Notes: a model not told the origin generated them from the sequence alone. A stretch of DNA of 64,000 nucleotides from an uncultured delta proteobacterium (GCA_963802945.1 CAWDKY010000053.1:160001-224000); one strand, 5' to 3'. Positions 1-10,833 are shown, counted from the first letter of the stretch. Numbers and translations are program-made.

Positions 1-75
1 AATAACGGCCGAAATAATTAAGATGATGAGGAAGAGGATAAGCAACCAGCCTGTTGTTTTCGATGAGATGTTCAT
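1..75 (-). CDS. 5' end of a gene running off the window edge; N-terminal hydrophobic signal/TM segment
   Basis: ATG at 75-73 on minus strand reads MNISSKTTGWLLILFLIILIISAVI, open to the window edge; divergent from the sirtuin. Confidence 0.45.
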   Translation of the reverse strand, partial: MNISSKTTGWLLILFLIILIISAVI

Positions 76-288
76 AGCAAATATTTTAGAAAAAATGCAG
101 GATCAGTTTTAATTAAATTTTTCCGGATGATCGAGTATAAAATAGAGAGAAAATACGAGTCAAGAATAAATATAGGATATGAAGGTCATACGATTATCGT
201 CCGGTCTAGTTGAATTTTATTTTTTTATAAGTTATATTTATTACCAAATCTTATTAATTGAAATCGATGGACCCAGGAGGGCAAAACC

Positions 289-1092
289 ATGGAGGAATTA
301 ATTCAAAAAGCGGCAGAACATTTGCTTAAAAGTCAGCATGCCATAGCACTGACCGGTGCGGGGAGCTCCACCGAATCGGGAATCAAAGATTTTCGAGGAC
401 CGGACGGGGTCTGGACCAAGAACCCGGAGGCCGAAAGAAAGGCCTACGAAGCTTATGCCCGGTTTCAGGCCAATCCCAAACAATTTTGGAAAGAAACCCT
501 GGCCGGGGCCTCACTTATGGGAAATCTGGAGGATGCCCTCCCTAATCCGGGCCACTATGCCCTGGTCGAGCTGGAGAAAATGGGCATCCTGAAATGTGTG
601 GTCACCCAGAATATCGACAACCTGCACCAGAAGGCAGGAAACAAAAGAGTCTTGGATTATCATGGGAATATCTCCTTGCTCCGATGTTTTTCCTGCGATA
701 CCCGTTATGACCGCACGGAATACGACCTGGAGCATTTGGCCAAGGAAGATCAATTGCCGCCTTTATGTAAAAAATGTAATGGTGTTCTGAAGTCGGATGT
801 GGTTTATTTTCAGGAAGCCATTCCTGCGGATGTGGCCCAGGAAAGCCAGGAAGAAGCAAGTAAATGCGATCTCATGTTGATCTGCGGGACCTCGGCCGTG
901 GTTTATCCTTTTGCCTATCTGCCCAGGATGGCCAGGCAGCGCCGACAGGGAAAACAAACCATTATCATTGAAATCAATGCCGATCCCACTCCCCTGACTG
1001 CAGAAGGGATATCGGATTACCTGATCCAGGGCAAGACCGGCACTATATTGCCGAAACTCGTGAAAGAGGTTAAAAAAGAACTCCATAAATGA
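289..1092 (+). CDS. cobB: NAD-dependent protein deacylase (Sir2/sirtuin family)
   Basis: TGAGxSTESGIxDFRG, TQNIDNLHQKAG, HG, two CxxC zinc motifs, GTSAVVYP; SD AGGAGG upstream. Confidence 0.92.
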   Translation: MEELIQKAAEHLLKSQHAIALTGAGSSTESGIKDFRGPDGVWTKNPEAERKAYEAYARFQANPKQFWKETLAGASLMGNLEDALPNPGHYALVELEKMGILKCVVTQNIDNLHQKAGNKRVLDYHGNISLLRCFSCDTRYDRTEYDLEHLAKEDQLPPLCKKCNGVLKSDVVYFQEAIPADVAQESQEEASKCDLMLICGTSAVVYPFAYLPRMARQRRQGKQTIIIEINADPTPLTAEGISDYLIQGKTGTILPKLVKEVKKELHK

Positions 1093-1186
1093 TGAGATAG
1101 TTCATTCAACCCTCAGGAGAAACTTTGCATTGGAGGATGGAATAAAAATAAAAAGAGAAACAGGGAAAAAATTTCGGAGCGCTCTT

Positions 1187-1514
1187 ATGTCCAATCCAAA
1201 AGTGCCTGTCAAACATTACCAGAAGTTGTTTAAACTTTTTTCTGAAGCCATCTCCGTCCTCGAAACACTCGACTCAGCAATCCACGATGCCGGTCCGATA
1301 AAGGAAAAGACGGCAGAATTCATCTAACTGGCCGGTGCAGCTGCCGTACATTCTTAGGGATCGGTTACCTTCGCATACCCGTCGGGCTGTCTAGGAAGGG
1401 ACCTCAAAGGAGGAAATCCAATCTACCTTGTTGTTGCTCATCTCGACTATCGAATTTCCTCGCGCTTCCACCGCTATGAAATAGGTAGAGGATATCTTGG
1501 ATAAGTCCAACTAA
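1187..1514 (+). pseudogene. Carboxymuconolactone decarboxylase (CMD/AhpD) family pseudogene
   Basis: Reads ...AGPIKEKTAEFI*LAGAAAVHS*GSV/SHTRRAV*EGTSKEEIQSTLLLLISTIEFPRASTAMK*VEDIL; CMD pattern with four in-frame stops and one frameshift. Confidence 0.75.
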
Positions 1515-1618
1515 CGGTTTTCCCTCCAGGAAAATGGTGTATAGAATTCAATCCCACCCTGAGACTGGAATCCTCAAATCCTATTTTCATATTAACTCCG
1601 TAATTAATTAACAATTTC

Positions 1619-1647
1619 TGGACAAAAGAGAATTTTTTTTATATAAA
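1619..1647 (+). promoter_or_regulatory. Candidate sigma70 promoter for hisS-aspS
   Basis: TGGACA-17 nt-TATAAA about 40 nt upstream of the hisS start. Confidence 0.35.
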
Positions 1648-1688
1648 TAACAAGTTACTGAATTGATGGTCAGTAAGTAAGAGGTACT

Positions 1689-2950
1689 ATGAATATTCAA
1701 GCCTTAAAGGGTTTTAAAGACATCCTTCCCGGTGAAGCGGAGAAATGGGTCTTCATGGAAGAAACGGCCCGTGGGATCTTCCGGACCTTCGGCTTTTCTG
1801 AAATCAGAACCCCAATCCTGGAAAAAACGGACCTCTTTGTCCGTTCCATCGGTTCTTATACCGATATTGTCGAAAAAGAAATGTACACCATCATTGACCG
1901 AAGCGGGGATTCGATCACTTTACGCCCTGAGGCTACGGCCTCGGTATTGCGGGCCTTTATCGAGCACAATCTCCAAGGGCAACAGCCGATCCACAAACTT
2001 TTTTCCATCGGCCCCATGTTCCGCCATGAACGGCCCCAAAAAGGACGCTTGCGCCAGTTCCATCAGATCAATGCCGAATATATAGGAACCGACAGCCCGT
2101 TATGCCGATGCGGAGATGATTTATCTTTTGATGCAAATTCTGGATCACCTGGGGCTTCAGGAAACCCGCCTGCGAATCAATTCCCTGGGCTGCCCGGTTT
2201 GCCGGCCTTCTTTCACCTCGGCCCTGCAAGGAGTTTCTGGAAGACAACAAATCGGTTTTATGCCCGGACTGTCAACGCCGGACGGTGACCAATCCCTTAC
2301 GGGTATTTGACTGCAAGGTGGAACGCTGTCAGGAAGTTTTAGTAGCACGCTCCGACCATCACGGCTTTTAATTGCCCGGAATGTCAAACCCATTTTGCTC
2401 AAGTGCAGGAACTCATCTATCGGCTTCACATTCCATCCCATCTGGATCCCAGACTGGTCCGAGGACTGGATTATTACTGCCGGACTACCTTTGAGGTCAG
2501 TGCCGGCCATCTTGGGGCCCAGGATGCGGTGGCCGGCGGCGGGCGTTATGACGGCCTGCATTCGGCTGTTGGGGGGGCCTGATCTGCCGGCTATCGGTTT
2601 TGCCATTGGTCTGGAAAGAGCGGCGCTGCTTTTATCTCCTCAGGAAGAATGGCTAAGCCGGCCTTTCGTTTTTATTATCCCTTTAGGAGCAGAGGCCCGA
2701 GATAAGGCTTTTGATCTATTAACGACCCTTATTAAAAAAGAAATACCGGCCGTTATGGATTATGAAGATAAAAGTTTGAAAAGCCGGCTTAGAACGGGCC
2801 GATAAGGTCAAAAGTCATTATGCCGCCATCTTGGGAACTGAGGAACTGAATAAGGATCAGATCCTGATCCGCAACTTGAACACTCAGAGTCAGGAAGAAA
2901 TTCCGATTCCCCAATTTTTAGATTATTTTTTAGAAAGATATCTCAAATAA
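1689..2950 (+). CDS. hisS: Histidine--tRNA ligase (five apparent +1 insertions, probably sequencing errors)
   Basis: KEMY, LRPEATA, GPMFRHERPQKGRLRQFHQ, LVRGLDYY, GGRYD, GFAIGLER recovered by shifting frame near 2101, 2230, 2348, 2559 and 2793. Confidence 0.93.
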
Positions 2951-2951
2951 A

Positions 2952-3047
2952 AGGATTCAAGGGGTCAAGGGGTCAAGGATTCGAGTGAAAAATAATTAAA
3001 TTCAAAAAACATCCTTGAACCCTTGAATCCTAGAATCCTCGAATCCT
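2952..3047. repeat. Periodic inverted-repeat element, octamer family A
   Basis: Left arm GGATTCAA GGGGTCAA GGGGTCAA GGATTCGA; right arm TTGAACCC TTGAATCC TAGAATCC TCGAATCC. Confidence 0.85.
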
Positions 3048-3067
3048 GTTCTTTAAAGGAGAACCCA

Positions 3068-4849
3068 TTGACTGAAACCAAACCCATCGGACAGCGGACC
3101 CACGACTGTGGAACTCTGACTGCCCAGGATATAGGCCGGTTCGTAACCTTGGCCGGATGGGTGGACACCCGCCGTGACCATGGAGGGCTTATCTTTATTG
3201 ACCTCCGGGACCGGGCCGGCATCACCCAGGTCGTATTCAACCCGGAGATCAACAGCACTGTCCATCAATCGGCCCATCAACTTCGTAGTGAATATGTTAT
3301 TATCATTCACGGAAAAGTGCGTTCCCGGCCCGAAGGCATGGCCAATCCCAATCTGAGAACCGGAGAAATCGAAGTCCTGGTGGATGAATATCAATTATTG
3401 AATACTTCCAAGACCCCACCCTTTACCCTGGAAGACACGGCCGAAGTCTCTGAGGCCGTCCGTCTGCACTACCGTTATCTCGACCTTCGCCGTCCGAGCC
3501 TGCAGAAAAATTTTTTTATCCGCCACCAGGCCATCCAGTTCATCCGAAATTTCCTGAACCAAAAAGGGTTCTGTGATGTGGAAACCCCTTTCCTGACCAA
3601 AAGCACTCCGGAAGGGGCCAGGGACTATCTCGTCCCCAGCCGGGTCCAACAGGGAAAGTTCTTCGCCCTGCCCCAGTCTCCTCAGCTCTTCAAACAACTC
3701 CTGATGGTGGCCGGCTTTGACCGCTATTATCAGGTGGTCCGCTGCTTCAGGGATGAAGACCTCCGTGCCGACCGGCAGCCGGAATTCACCCAGTTGGACA
3801 TGGAGTTGTCCTTTATTTCCGAAGATGATATTTACGATTTAATTGAAGAACTTATGTGCCAATTATTCAAGCAGATTCTTAAAATTGAAATTCCCAGGCC
3901 TTTCCGTCGACTGACTTATGAAGAGGCCATGAATCGCTATGGGACCGACCGTCCGGACTTGAGGTTCGGGCTGGAAATTATGGATCTGACCGACCTGGTC
4001 AAGCAGTCAAAGGTCAAGGTCTTTGTCGAAGCCGCCCAGAAAGGAGGCTGCGTCAAGGCCATCAGAGTCCCTGACGGCGCCGCCTTTTCCCGCAAGGATT
4101 TGGATGAGCTTACCGGCCTGGCCCAAGAATGGGGGGCCAAGGGCCTGGCCTGGGCCAAGATCAATCCTGAAGGATGGCAGTCTCCCTTGGCCAAATTCTT
4201 TACCGAAGAAGAGCGAAAGACCATAGACCGGACCTTGGAAGCCCGGCCCGATGATCTGATTATTTTCCAGGCCGATGTCCCTTCCGTGGTCCATGAAGTC
4301 CTGGGTAAGATCCGTCTCCATCTCGGGGCACAGCTTCCCCTGCCCCAAAATCAGTTTGAATTTACCTGGGTCCTTCAATTCCCCCTTTTGGAATATCGGT
4401 CGGAAGAAGGCCGCTACGGTGCGGTGCATCACCCTTTCACCGCACCTTTGGAGGAAGACCTCCCTCTTCTGGAAACCCAGCCGGAGAAAGTCCGTTCCCG
4501 CGCCTACGATCTGGTCTTGAATGGCAATGAAATCGGCGGCGGCAGTATCCGTATCCATCAAAGAAGTCTGCAGGAGCAGATCTTTAAAGTCCTTAAAATT
4601 TCCGCGGAAGAGGCGGAAGAAAAGTTTGGCTTTCTTCTGGAGGCCCTGGAAATGGGTGCCCCGCCCCACGGCGGGATCGCCTTTGGATTGGACCGCTTGA
4701 TTATGCTGATGACCGGCGTCCCATCTTTGAGGGAAGTCATTGCCTTTCCCAAAACCCAAAAGGCGGTCTGCCCCATGACCAACGCTCCCGCCAGTGTCAG
4801 CAGGATCCAGTTAAATGAGTTGGGGTTGAGGTTGGACATCAAAAAATAA
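3068..4849 (+). CDS. aspS: Aspartate--tRNA ligase, likely non-discriminating Asp/Asn type
   Basis: RRDHGGLIFIDLRD, STPEGARDYLVPSR, FRDEDLRADRQPEFTQLD, PPHGGIAFGLDR; His in RRDHG and Gly in RPEG are the ND signature; TTG start after AAGGAG. Confidence 0.95.
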   Translation: MTETKPIGQRTHDCGTLTAQDIGRFVTLAGWVDTRRDHGGLIFIDLRDRAGITQVVFNPEINSTVHQSAHQLRSEYVIIIHGKVRSRPEGMANPNLRTGEIEVLVDEYQLLNTSKTPPFTLEDTAEVSEAVRLHYRYLDLRRPSLQKNFFIRHQAIQFIRNFLNQKGFCDVETPFLTKSTPEGARDYLVPSRVQQGKFFALPQSPQLFKQLLMVAGFDRYYQVVRCFRDEDLRADRQPEFTQLDMELSFISEDDIYDLIEELMCQLFKQILKIEIPRPFRRLTYEEAMNRYGTDRPDLRFGLEIMDLTDLVKQSKVKVFVEAAQKGGCVKAIRVPDGAAFSRKDLDELTGLAQEWGAKGLAWAKINPEGWQSPLAKFFTEEERKTIDRTLEARPDDLIIFQADVPSVVHEVLGKIRLHLGAQLPLPQNQFEFTWVLQFPLLEYRSEEGRYGAVHHPFTAPLEEDLPLLETQPEKVRSRAYDLVLNGNEIGGGSIRIHQRSLQEQIFKVLKISAEEAEEKFGFLLEALEMGAPPHGGIAFGLDRLIMLMTGVPSLREVIAFPKTQKAVCPMTNAPASVSRIQLNELGLRLDIKK

Positions 4850-4859
4850 TGAGAAGACA

Positions 4860-4946
4860 TTCAGCGTTCAGTGTTGAGTGTTCGGCGAAAGAGGAATGGG
4901 AATTTAAGATTTTTACTCGACGAACGACGAACGATTAACGCCGAAC
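4860..4946. repeat. Periodic inverted-repeat element, heptamer family E
   Basis: TTCAGCG TTCAGTG TTGAGTG TTCGGCG ... CGACGAA CGACGAA CGATTAA CGCCGAA. Confidence 0.8.
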
Positions 4947-4961
4947 AGTAGGGAGGTTGTT

Positions 4962-6791
4962 ATGGCCCACTGGAACCCGAATAAAAAAGTCCTGGATCAT
5001 GAGCCTAACCGCTTTTGGAACTATGAATTGAAGGACATTCCCGAACCCAACCTGCAGCGGGATATCTTTCCCTATGAGGAGATCTCCCGCATCGATTTTG
5101 ATCACAAGATCTTACCCATCGACCCCTGTGAAGAATTTTGGATCACCGACACCACTTTTCGGGACGGCCAGCAGGCCCGCCCCCCCTATACCCTGGAACA
5201 GGTCCTGAAAATTTTTGATTTTCTCCATCGTATGGGAGGCCCTTATGGGGTCATCCGCCAAACTGAATTCTTTCTTTACAGTAAAAGGGACAAAGAAGCT
5301 CTGCGCAAATGTCAGGAAAGGAATTATCCTTATCCGGAAATCACCGGCTGGATCCGGGCCCATCCGGACGACCTGAAACTGGTCAAAGCAATGGGACTCT
5401 CAGAAACCGGAATACTCACCTCGGTCTCCGATTACCATATTTTTTACAAGTTGAATTGGACCCGGTCACAGGCCTTCAAGCAATACATAGCCATCGTGCA
5501 AAAGGCCCTGGATCTGGGCATTGTCCCCCGCTGTCATTTTGAAGATATCACTAAAGCCGATATCTACGGCTTCTGCGTGCCTTTGGCTAGGGAACTGATG
5601 AAACTTCGGGAGTCCTCGGGGATCGACATCAAAATTCGTCTTTGTGATACCTTGGGCTATGGAGTCACTTATCCCGGGGCGGCCCTGCCCCGCAGTGTGC
5701 CCAGATTAGTCCGGGCCATGATCGACGACGCCGGGGTCCCCGGCCGTCTTCTGGAATGGCACGGCCACAACGACTTTCATAAAGGATTTATCAACGCCAC
5801 CACCTCCTGGCTTTATGGTTGTGCGGCCGTCAACGGCGCCCTGCTCGGTTTTGGGGAACGCACTGGGAATACGCCGATTGAGGGTCTACTGATCGAATAT
5901 ATCAGTCTCGTGGGGCAGGATAACGGGATTGACACCCAGGCCATTACCGAGATGGCCGAGTATATTGAAAAAGAACTCCATTATGCCATACCGGCCAATT
6001 TCCCTTTTGTCGGCGAAGATTTTAATGCCACCAGCGCCGGAATCCATGTCGACGGCCTGATCAAGAATGAAGAAATCTATAACATCTTCGACACCCAAAA
6101 AATTCTGGGCCGTCCGATCAGCATTATCATTACCGATAAATCAGGCCTGTCCGGGGTTGTCCACTGGTTGAATAAGCGGCTGGACCTTGCCGGCCAACGG
6201 CCCTTGGATAAACAACACCCCGGGGTGATAAAAATTTACAAATGGGTTATGAAACAATATGAAGAAGGCAGAACCACTTCCATATCTGCCCAGGAAATGG
6301 AGAGGGTCAGCCGAAAACACCTGCCTGAATTTTTTGTCTCTGAGTTTGATGAGCTGAAACAAAAGGCCTACCACCTGGCCTTTCATATCGTTGAAGAAAT
6401 TCTGCAACGGGAAGAAATTCGGAGTATGGACCCGGCCCTTCAGGAACCGATCATGGAAAACTTTATCGAGCTCAATCCCTTTATCCAGTTTATATACGTC
6501 ACCAATATGGAAGGGAAAAAGATCACCAAAAATATCACTCGGATTGTAGACCGGGCCAAATATCAGGTCTTCAAATTGGACGAAGACTTTTCTGACCGGT
6601 CCTGGTTCCATCTTCCTATCAATGATGGAAAGATTCACATTACCGACTTTTATACTTCAAAAATCACCGGTGCCTTGTGTATCACCGTTTCCGGGCCGAT
6701 CCGAAACCATGAGGATGAGATTCGAGGGGTCCTGGGCCTTGACATCAAATTCGAGGATCTGGCCAAGATGGATCAAGATGGAGAATTATAG
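4962..6791 (+). CDS. Re-citrate synthase-like DRE-TIM metallolyase with C-terminal Cache/PDC sensor domain
   Basis: ITDTTFRDGQQARPPY, HFEDITKAD, RLCDTLG, HGHNDF, GERTGN, AGIHVDG; C-terminus DRSWF...FYTSKITG..ITVSGPI...GVLGLDI. Confidence 0.8.
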   Translation: MAHWNPNKKVLDHEPNRFWNYELKDIPEPNLQRDIFPYEEISRIDFDHKILPIDPCEEFWITDTTFRDGQQARPPYTLEQVLKIFDFLHRMGGPYGVIRQTEFFLYSKRDKEALRKCQERNYPYPEITGWIRAHPDDLKLVKAMGLSETGILTSVSDYHIFYKLNWTRSQAFKQYIAIVQKALDLGIVPRCHFEDITKADIYGFCVPLARELMKLRESSGIDIKIRLCDTLGYGVTYPGAALPRSVPRLVRAMIDDAGVPGRLLEWHGHNDFHKGFINATTSWLYGCAAVNGALLGFGERTGNTPIEGLLIEYISLVGQDNGIDTQAITEMAEYIEKELHYAIPANFPFVGEDFNATSAGIHVDGLIKNEEIYNIFDTQKILGRPISIIITDKSGLSGVVHWLNKRLDLAGQRPLDKQHPGVIKIYKWVMKQYEEGRTTSISAQEMERVSRKHLPEFFVSEFDELKQKAYHLAFHIVEEILQREEIRSMDPALQEPIMENFIELNPFIQFIYVTNMEGKKITKNITRIVDRAKYQVFKLDEDFSDRSWFHLPINDGKIHITDFYTSKITGALCITVSGPIRNHEDEIRGVLGLDIKFEDLAKMDQDGEL

Positions 6792-6866
6792 ACCCTACTT
6801 CCCGACGAGCTTTGAGCTTGACAAAATTTTTTATACTCAGTAGATATTCTGTAACGCTTAAGTTTT

Positions 6867-7013
6867 GATGGCTTCGTAAGAAGTCGAAAGTGATCCTTTT
6901 TCGTCATTCCGGCGAAAGCCGGAATCCAGGAAGATGGAACTGGTTCCCGGCTTTCGCCGGGACGACGTCTGGACCCCGGTTTTCACCGGGGTGACGACTT
7001 GTTATGAGTCCAT
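6867..7013. mobile_element. MITE-like element containing three REP-like hairpins
   Basis: Imperfect terminal IR GATGGCTTCGTAAGAAGTCG / CGACTTGTTATGAGTCCAT around GTCATTCCGGCGAAAGCCGGAATCCAG and two inverted CTGG...GAC units. Confidence 0.7.
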
Positions 7014-7059
7014 AAGTTTTTACACCTAATAAATTCTTAGCAAAGAAGGAGGAGTTATC

Positions 7060-7272
7060 GTGACAGAGATTTTGGCACCTATGGCCGGTAAGATTATTGA
7101 AATTAAAGTAAAGGTAGGAGATTCGGTTCATGAAGACGATGAAGTGGCTGTTATTGAGGCCATGAAAATGGAAATGCCGATTATGGCTTACTCTGATGGA
7201 AAGGTGAAGGAGATCAAGGTAGCCAAAGGGGATTCCGTCGAGGCCGATCAGGTTTTGATGATTATTGAATAA
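7060..7272 (+). CDS. Biotin carboxyl carrier protein (standalone biotinyl domain)
   Basis: APMAGKI, EAMKME biotinylation motif; SD AGGAGG, GTG start. Confidence 0.93.
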   Translation: MTEILAPMAGKIIEIKVKVGDSVHEDDEVAVIEAMKMEMPIMAYSDGKVKEIKVAKGDSVEADQVLMIIE

Positions 7273-7280
7273 AAGACTAA

Positions 7281-7392
7281 GGGGGATTCAAGGGGTCAAA
7301 TGATAAAGGTTCAAGGTACAAGGTAACCCTTAAACCGTATACCGTGAACCGTAAACCATAAATTCCCTTGAATCCTAGAATCCTTGAACCCT
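7281..7392. repeat. Octamer family A arms enclosing a heptamer family B hairpin
   Basis: GGATTCAA GGGGTCAA [AAGGTTC AAGGTAC AAGGTAA / TTAAACC GTATACC GTGAACC GTAAACC] TTGAATCC TAGAATCC TTGAACCC. Confidence 0.85.
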
Positions 7393-7412
7393 ATTTCCTT
7401 TAAAGGTACTTA

Positions 7413-8967
7413 ATGACCACTGCAGACCGGATTAAGGAATTAATCGCCCGAAACGCCCAGGCTGAAATGGGCGGCGGGCAGGATAAAATCGACATTCAGC
7501 ATCAAAAAGGTAAGCTGACGGCCCGGGAACGGATCGATTATCTTCTGGATCAAGGCACCTTTGCGGAAATGGATAAGTTTGTGGTCCATCGCTGTTATGA
7601 TTTCGGTATGGAAAAACAAAAATTTTTCGGCGACGGGGTGGTAACCGGGTACGGGCGGATCAATGGTCGTCTGGTTTATGTTTTTTCCCAGGACTTTACG
7701 GTCTTCGGAGGGAGCCTAAGCGCTGCTTTTGGAGAAAAGATCTGCAAGATTATGGACATGGCCATAAGGAACGGGGCCCCGGTCATCGGACTGAACGATT
7801 CCGGAGGGGCACGCATCCAGGAAGGGGTCGGAAGCCTTGGGGCTTACGGTGAAATCTTCAGAAGAAATGTCAGAAGCTCCGGAGTGATCCCCCAGATATC
7901 GGCCATCATGGGACCATGCGCCGGCGGTGCGGTTTATTCCCCGGCCATCACTGATTTTATCATTATGGTCGAAAAGACCAGCCACATGTTCATCACCGGT
8001 CCCCAGGTCATTAAGGCCAACACCCATGAAGATGTCGATCCGGAAGCCCTGGGTGGAGCGGTTAGGCATAACAACACCAGCGGAGTGGCTCATTTCTCGG
8101 CCAAAGACGACAAGAAAGCCTTGGATTTGATCAAAGAACTTTTATCCTTCCTTCCGCAAAATTGCAATGAATCCCCTCCCCAAACTGAACCCAATGATGA
8201 TCCCAACCGTATCGATATGGCCCTTCAGGACCATCATTCCCGACAATCCGCGCCTCCCTTATGATATGAAAAAGATCATCCTCTCTATTGTGGATGATCA
8301 TCACTTTTTCGAGGTCCAGAAATTATATGCCCAGAATATGATTATCGGCTTTGCCCGGATGAACGGGATGCCGGTCGGGATTGTCGCCAACCAGCCCCGG
8401 GCCCTGGCCGGATGTCTGGACATCAATGCCTCGGATAAATGCGCCCGGTTTGTCCGCTTTTGCGATTGTTTTAATATTCCGATCATCACTCTGGTCGATG
8501 TCCCCGGGTTTCTGCCCGGGGTGGCCCAAGAGTATGGCGGGATTATCCGCCACGGGGCCAAGGTCATTTATGCTTATTGTGACGCCTCTGTGCCCAAGGT
8601 GACGGTCATCACCCGCAAGGCTTATGGTGGGGCTTATGATGTAATGGGCAGCAAACACCACGGAGGAGACATCAATTTTGCCTATCCCACAGCCGAGATC
8701 GCCGTTATGGGTCCGGAGGGGGCGGTCCCCATCGTCTTCCGCAATCAACTGAACAATTCGGCCGATCCGGAAAAAACGCGTCAGGAATTGATTGATGATT
8801 ATCGGCAGACCTTTGCCAGCCCTTATAAAGCGGCCGAATTAGGGTATATAGACGAAATTATCCTTCCCGAATATACCCGCCCCAAATTGATCCGTGCCCT
8901 GGAATCCCTGAAAACCAAGATGGATGTGCATCGCCTTCCCCGTAGGCATGGGAATATACCTCTTTAA
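7413..8967 (+). CDS. Acyl-CoA carboxyltransferase subunit (methylmalonyl-CoA decarboxylase alpha / propionyl-CoA carboxylase beta type), frameshift near 8230
   Basis: [53 protein letters not shown]; ORFs 7413-8264 and 8167-8967 join on removing one base. Confidence 0.9.
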
Positions 8968-8974
8968 AAATCAA

Positions 8975-9063
8975 AGGGTCAAGGATTCGGGGATTCAAGG
9001 GATCAAGGGATGAAAACAATAAACTGGTATTTGTTTTTCTTGAACCCTGGAATCCTTGAACCC
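8975..9063. repeat. Periodic inverted-repeat element, octamer family A
   Basis: AGGGTCAA GGATTCGG GGATTCAA GGGATCAA ... TTGAACCC TGGAATCC TTGAACCC. Confidence 0.85.
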
Positions 9064-9142
9064 TTTTTCGTAGCCGTAAAATCCCAAGCTCTTACAATAA
9101 GCGTTCCCATTTTATTTCTCTATTATATTAATGAGGTCTCTT

Positions 9143-10820
9143 ATGTTTGATTCACAAAAAATTAAAGAGCTGAAGATAAGGCAATCAGCCTGGCAGGAAA
9201 AAACCGAAGCCGGGGTTTACAAATCGCCGGAAAGGAAAAAGACCTTCACGACCCTTTCAGAAATTCCCCTTCAGCGCACCTATACTCCGGCGGATATTGA
9301 GGATTTGGACTATGAAAAGGATCTCTCCTTTCCGGGAGAGTATCCTTTTACCCGGGGGGTCCAGCCCACCATGTATCGCGGCCGTTTCTGGACCATGCGC
9401 CAATACGCCGGTTTTGCCGATGCCGAAGAATCCAATCGCCGTTATAAATTCCTATTGGAGCAGGGCCAGACCGGACTCTCCGTGGCCTTTGATCTGCCCA
9501 CCCAGATCGGCTATGACTCCGATCACCCGCTGGCCCAGGGGGAAGTGGGAAAAGTCGGGGTAGCCATCGATTCCCTTCTGGACATGGAAACCTTGTTTAA
9601 CGGCATCCCGTTGGATAAAGTCAGCACCTCCATGACCATCAACGCCCCGGCCGCCATCCTGCTGGCCATGTACATCGGAGTGGCGGAGAAACAAGGGATT
9701 TCCTCCAAAGATTTGAACGGAACGATCCAAAACGACATCCTGAAGGAATACACCTCCCGGGGGACTTATATTTTTCCACCCCAGCCTTCTTTGCGCATCA
9801 TCACCAATATCTTTGAATATTGTGCCCAAGAAGTCCCCAAATGGAACACCATCAGCATCAGCGGCTATCATATCCGGGAGGCCGGTTCCACGGCCGTTCA
9901 GGAAGTGGCCTTCACCCTGGCCAACGGTCTGGCCTATGTGGAAGCCGCTCAAAAAGCCGGGTTGGACGTGGATCGTCATCGGCCCCCGCTTGTCTTTTTT
10001 CTTTAACGCCCATCTGGATTTCTTGGAAGAGATCGCCAAATACCGGGCTGCCCGCCGGCTCTGGGCCCGCCTGATGAAAGAACGTTTCGGGGCCAAGGAT
10101 CCCCGGACCATGACCCTGCGTTTTCATACCCAGACCGCCGGCTGTTCCTTGACCGCCCAGCAGCCGAAGAACAATATCGTCCGGGTGGCCTTTCAGGCCA
10201 TGTCCGCCGTCTTGGGAGGGACCCAATCCCTGCACACCAATTCCATGGACGAAGCCCTGGCCCTGCCTTCCGAGGAAGCGGTCCAAATCGCCTTACGCAC
10301 CCAGCAATTAATCGCTTATGAAACCGGCGTCACCGATACCATCGATCCCCTGGCCGGTTCCTTTTATATCGAACATCTGACCACCACTATTGAAAAAAAG
10401 GCCATGGACTATATCCGACAGATCGATAAGCTGGGCGGTGCAGCGGCGGCGATTGAAAAAGGATTCATCCAACGGGAAATCCAGGAGAGTGCTTTTCGCT
10501 ATCAGAAGGCCGTGGAGACAGGCGATCGGGTGGTAGTCGGGATCAACAAGTTCCAGACCCAGGAACCGCCGCCTTCAGGACTGCTTAAGGTTGATCCAGC
10601 GATACAGAAGCAACAAATTCAAAAGATTATTCAACTCAAACAATCCCGGGACAATATCAAGGTGCTTTCCTGTTTGGCCCAACTTAAAAAAACCGCCGAA
10701 GTACAGGATAATCTGATGCCCCCGATCCTCGAAGCGGTTCGGGCCTATGCGACCCTAGGGGAAATCTGCGACACCTTGCGGTCGGTTTTCGGAGAATATA
10801 CGGCCGTCTCATTCTTATAG
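9143..10820 (+). CDS. Methylmalonyl-CoA mutase substrate-binding subunit, frameshift near 9975
   Basis: [15 protein letters not shown] (Tyr), [14 protein letters not shown] (Arg), [20 protein letters not shown]; the Tyr/Arg pair is methylmalonyl-type rather than isobutyryl-type. Confidence 0.9.
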
Positions 10821-10833
10821 GAGGTCTGGATCC

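Noticed and set aside
1325-1484. Stop-codon reassignment suggested by in-frame TAA/TAG
   Set aside because: The stops replace different expected residues, and TAA/TAG end normal genes throughout the window
1689-2950. hisS (and alaS) as pseudogenes or programmed frameshifts
   Set aside because: Essential genes with conserved sequence, no nonsense substitutions and no shared slippery motif; pattern fits sequencing insertions
4962-6791. Transcarboxylase 5S / pyruvate carboxyltransferase partner for the neighbouring BCCP
   Set aside because: Motifs (RDGQQARPPY, HFEDIT, HGHNDF, GERTGN) fit the Claisen-condensing Re-citrate synthase branch rather than RDAHQS-type carboxyltransferases
6818-6850. 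Sigma70 promoter from TTGACA upstream of the BCCP gene
   Set aside because: No convincing -10 at 16-18 nt spacing
8968-9142. Cobalamin riboswitch upstream of the mutase
   Set aside because: Spacer is occupied by a family A repeat; no B12-box motifs seen
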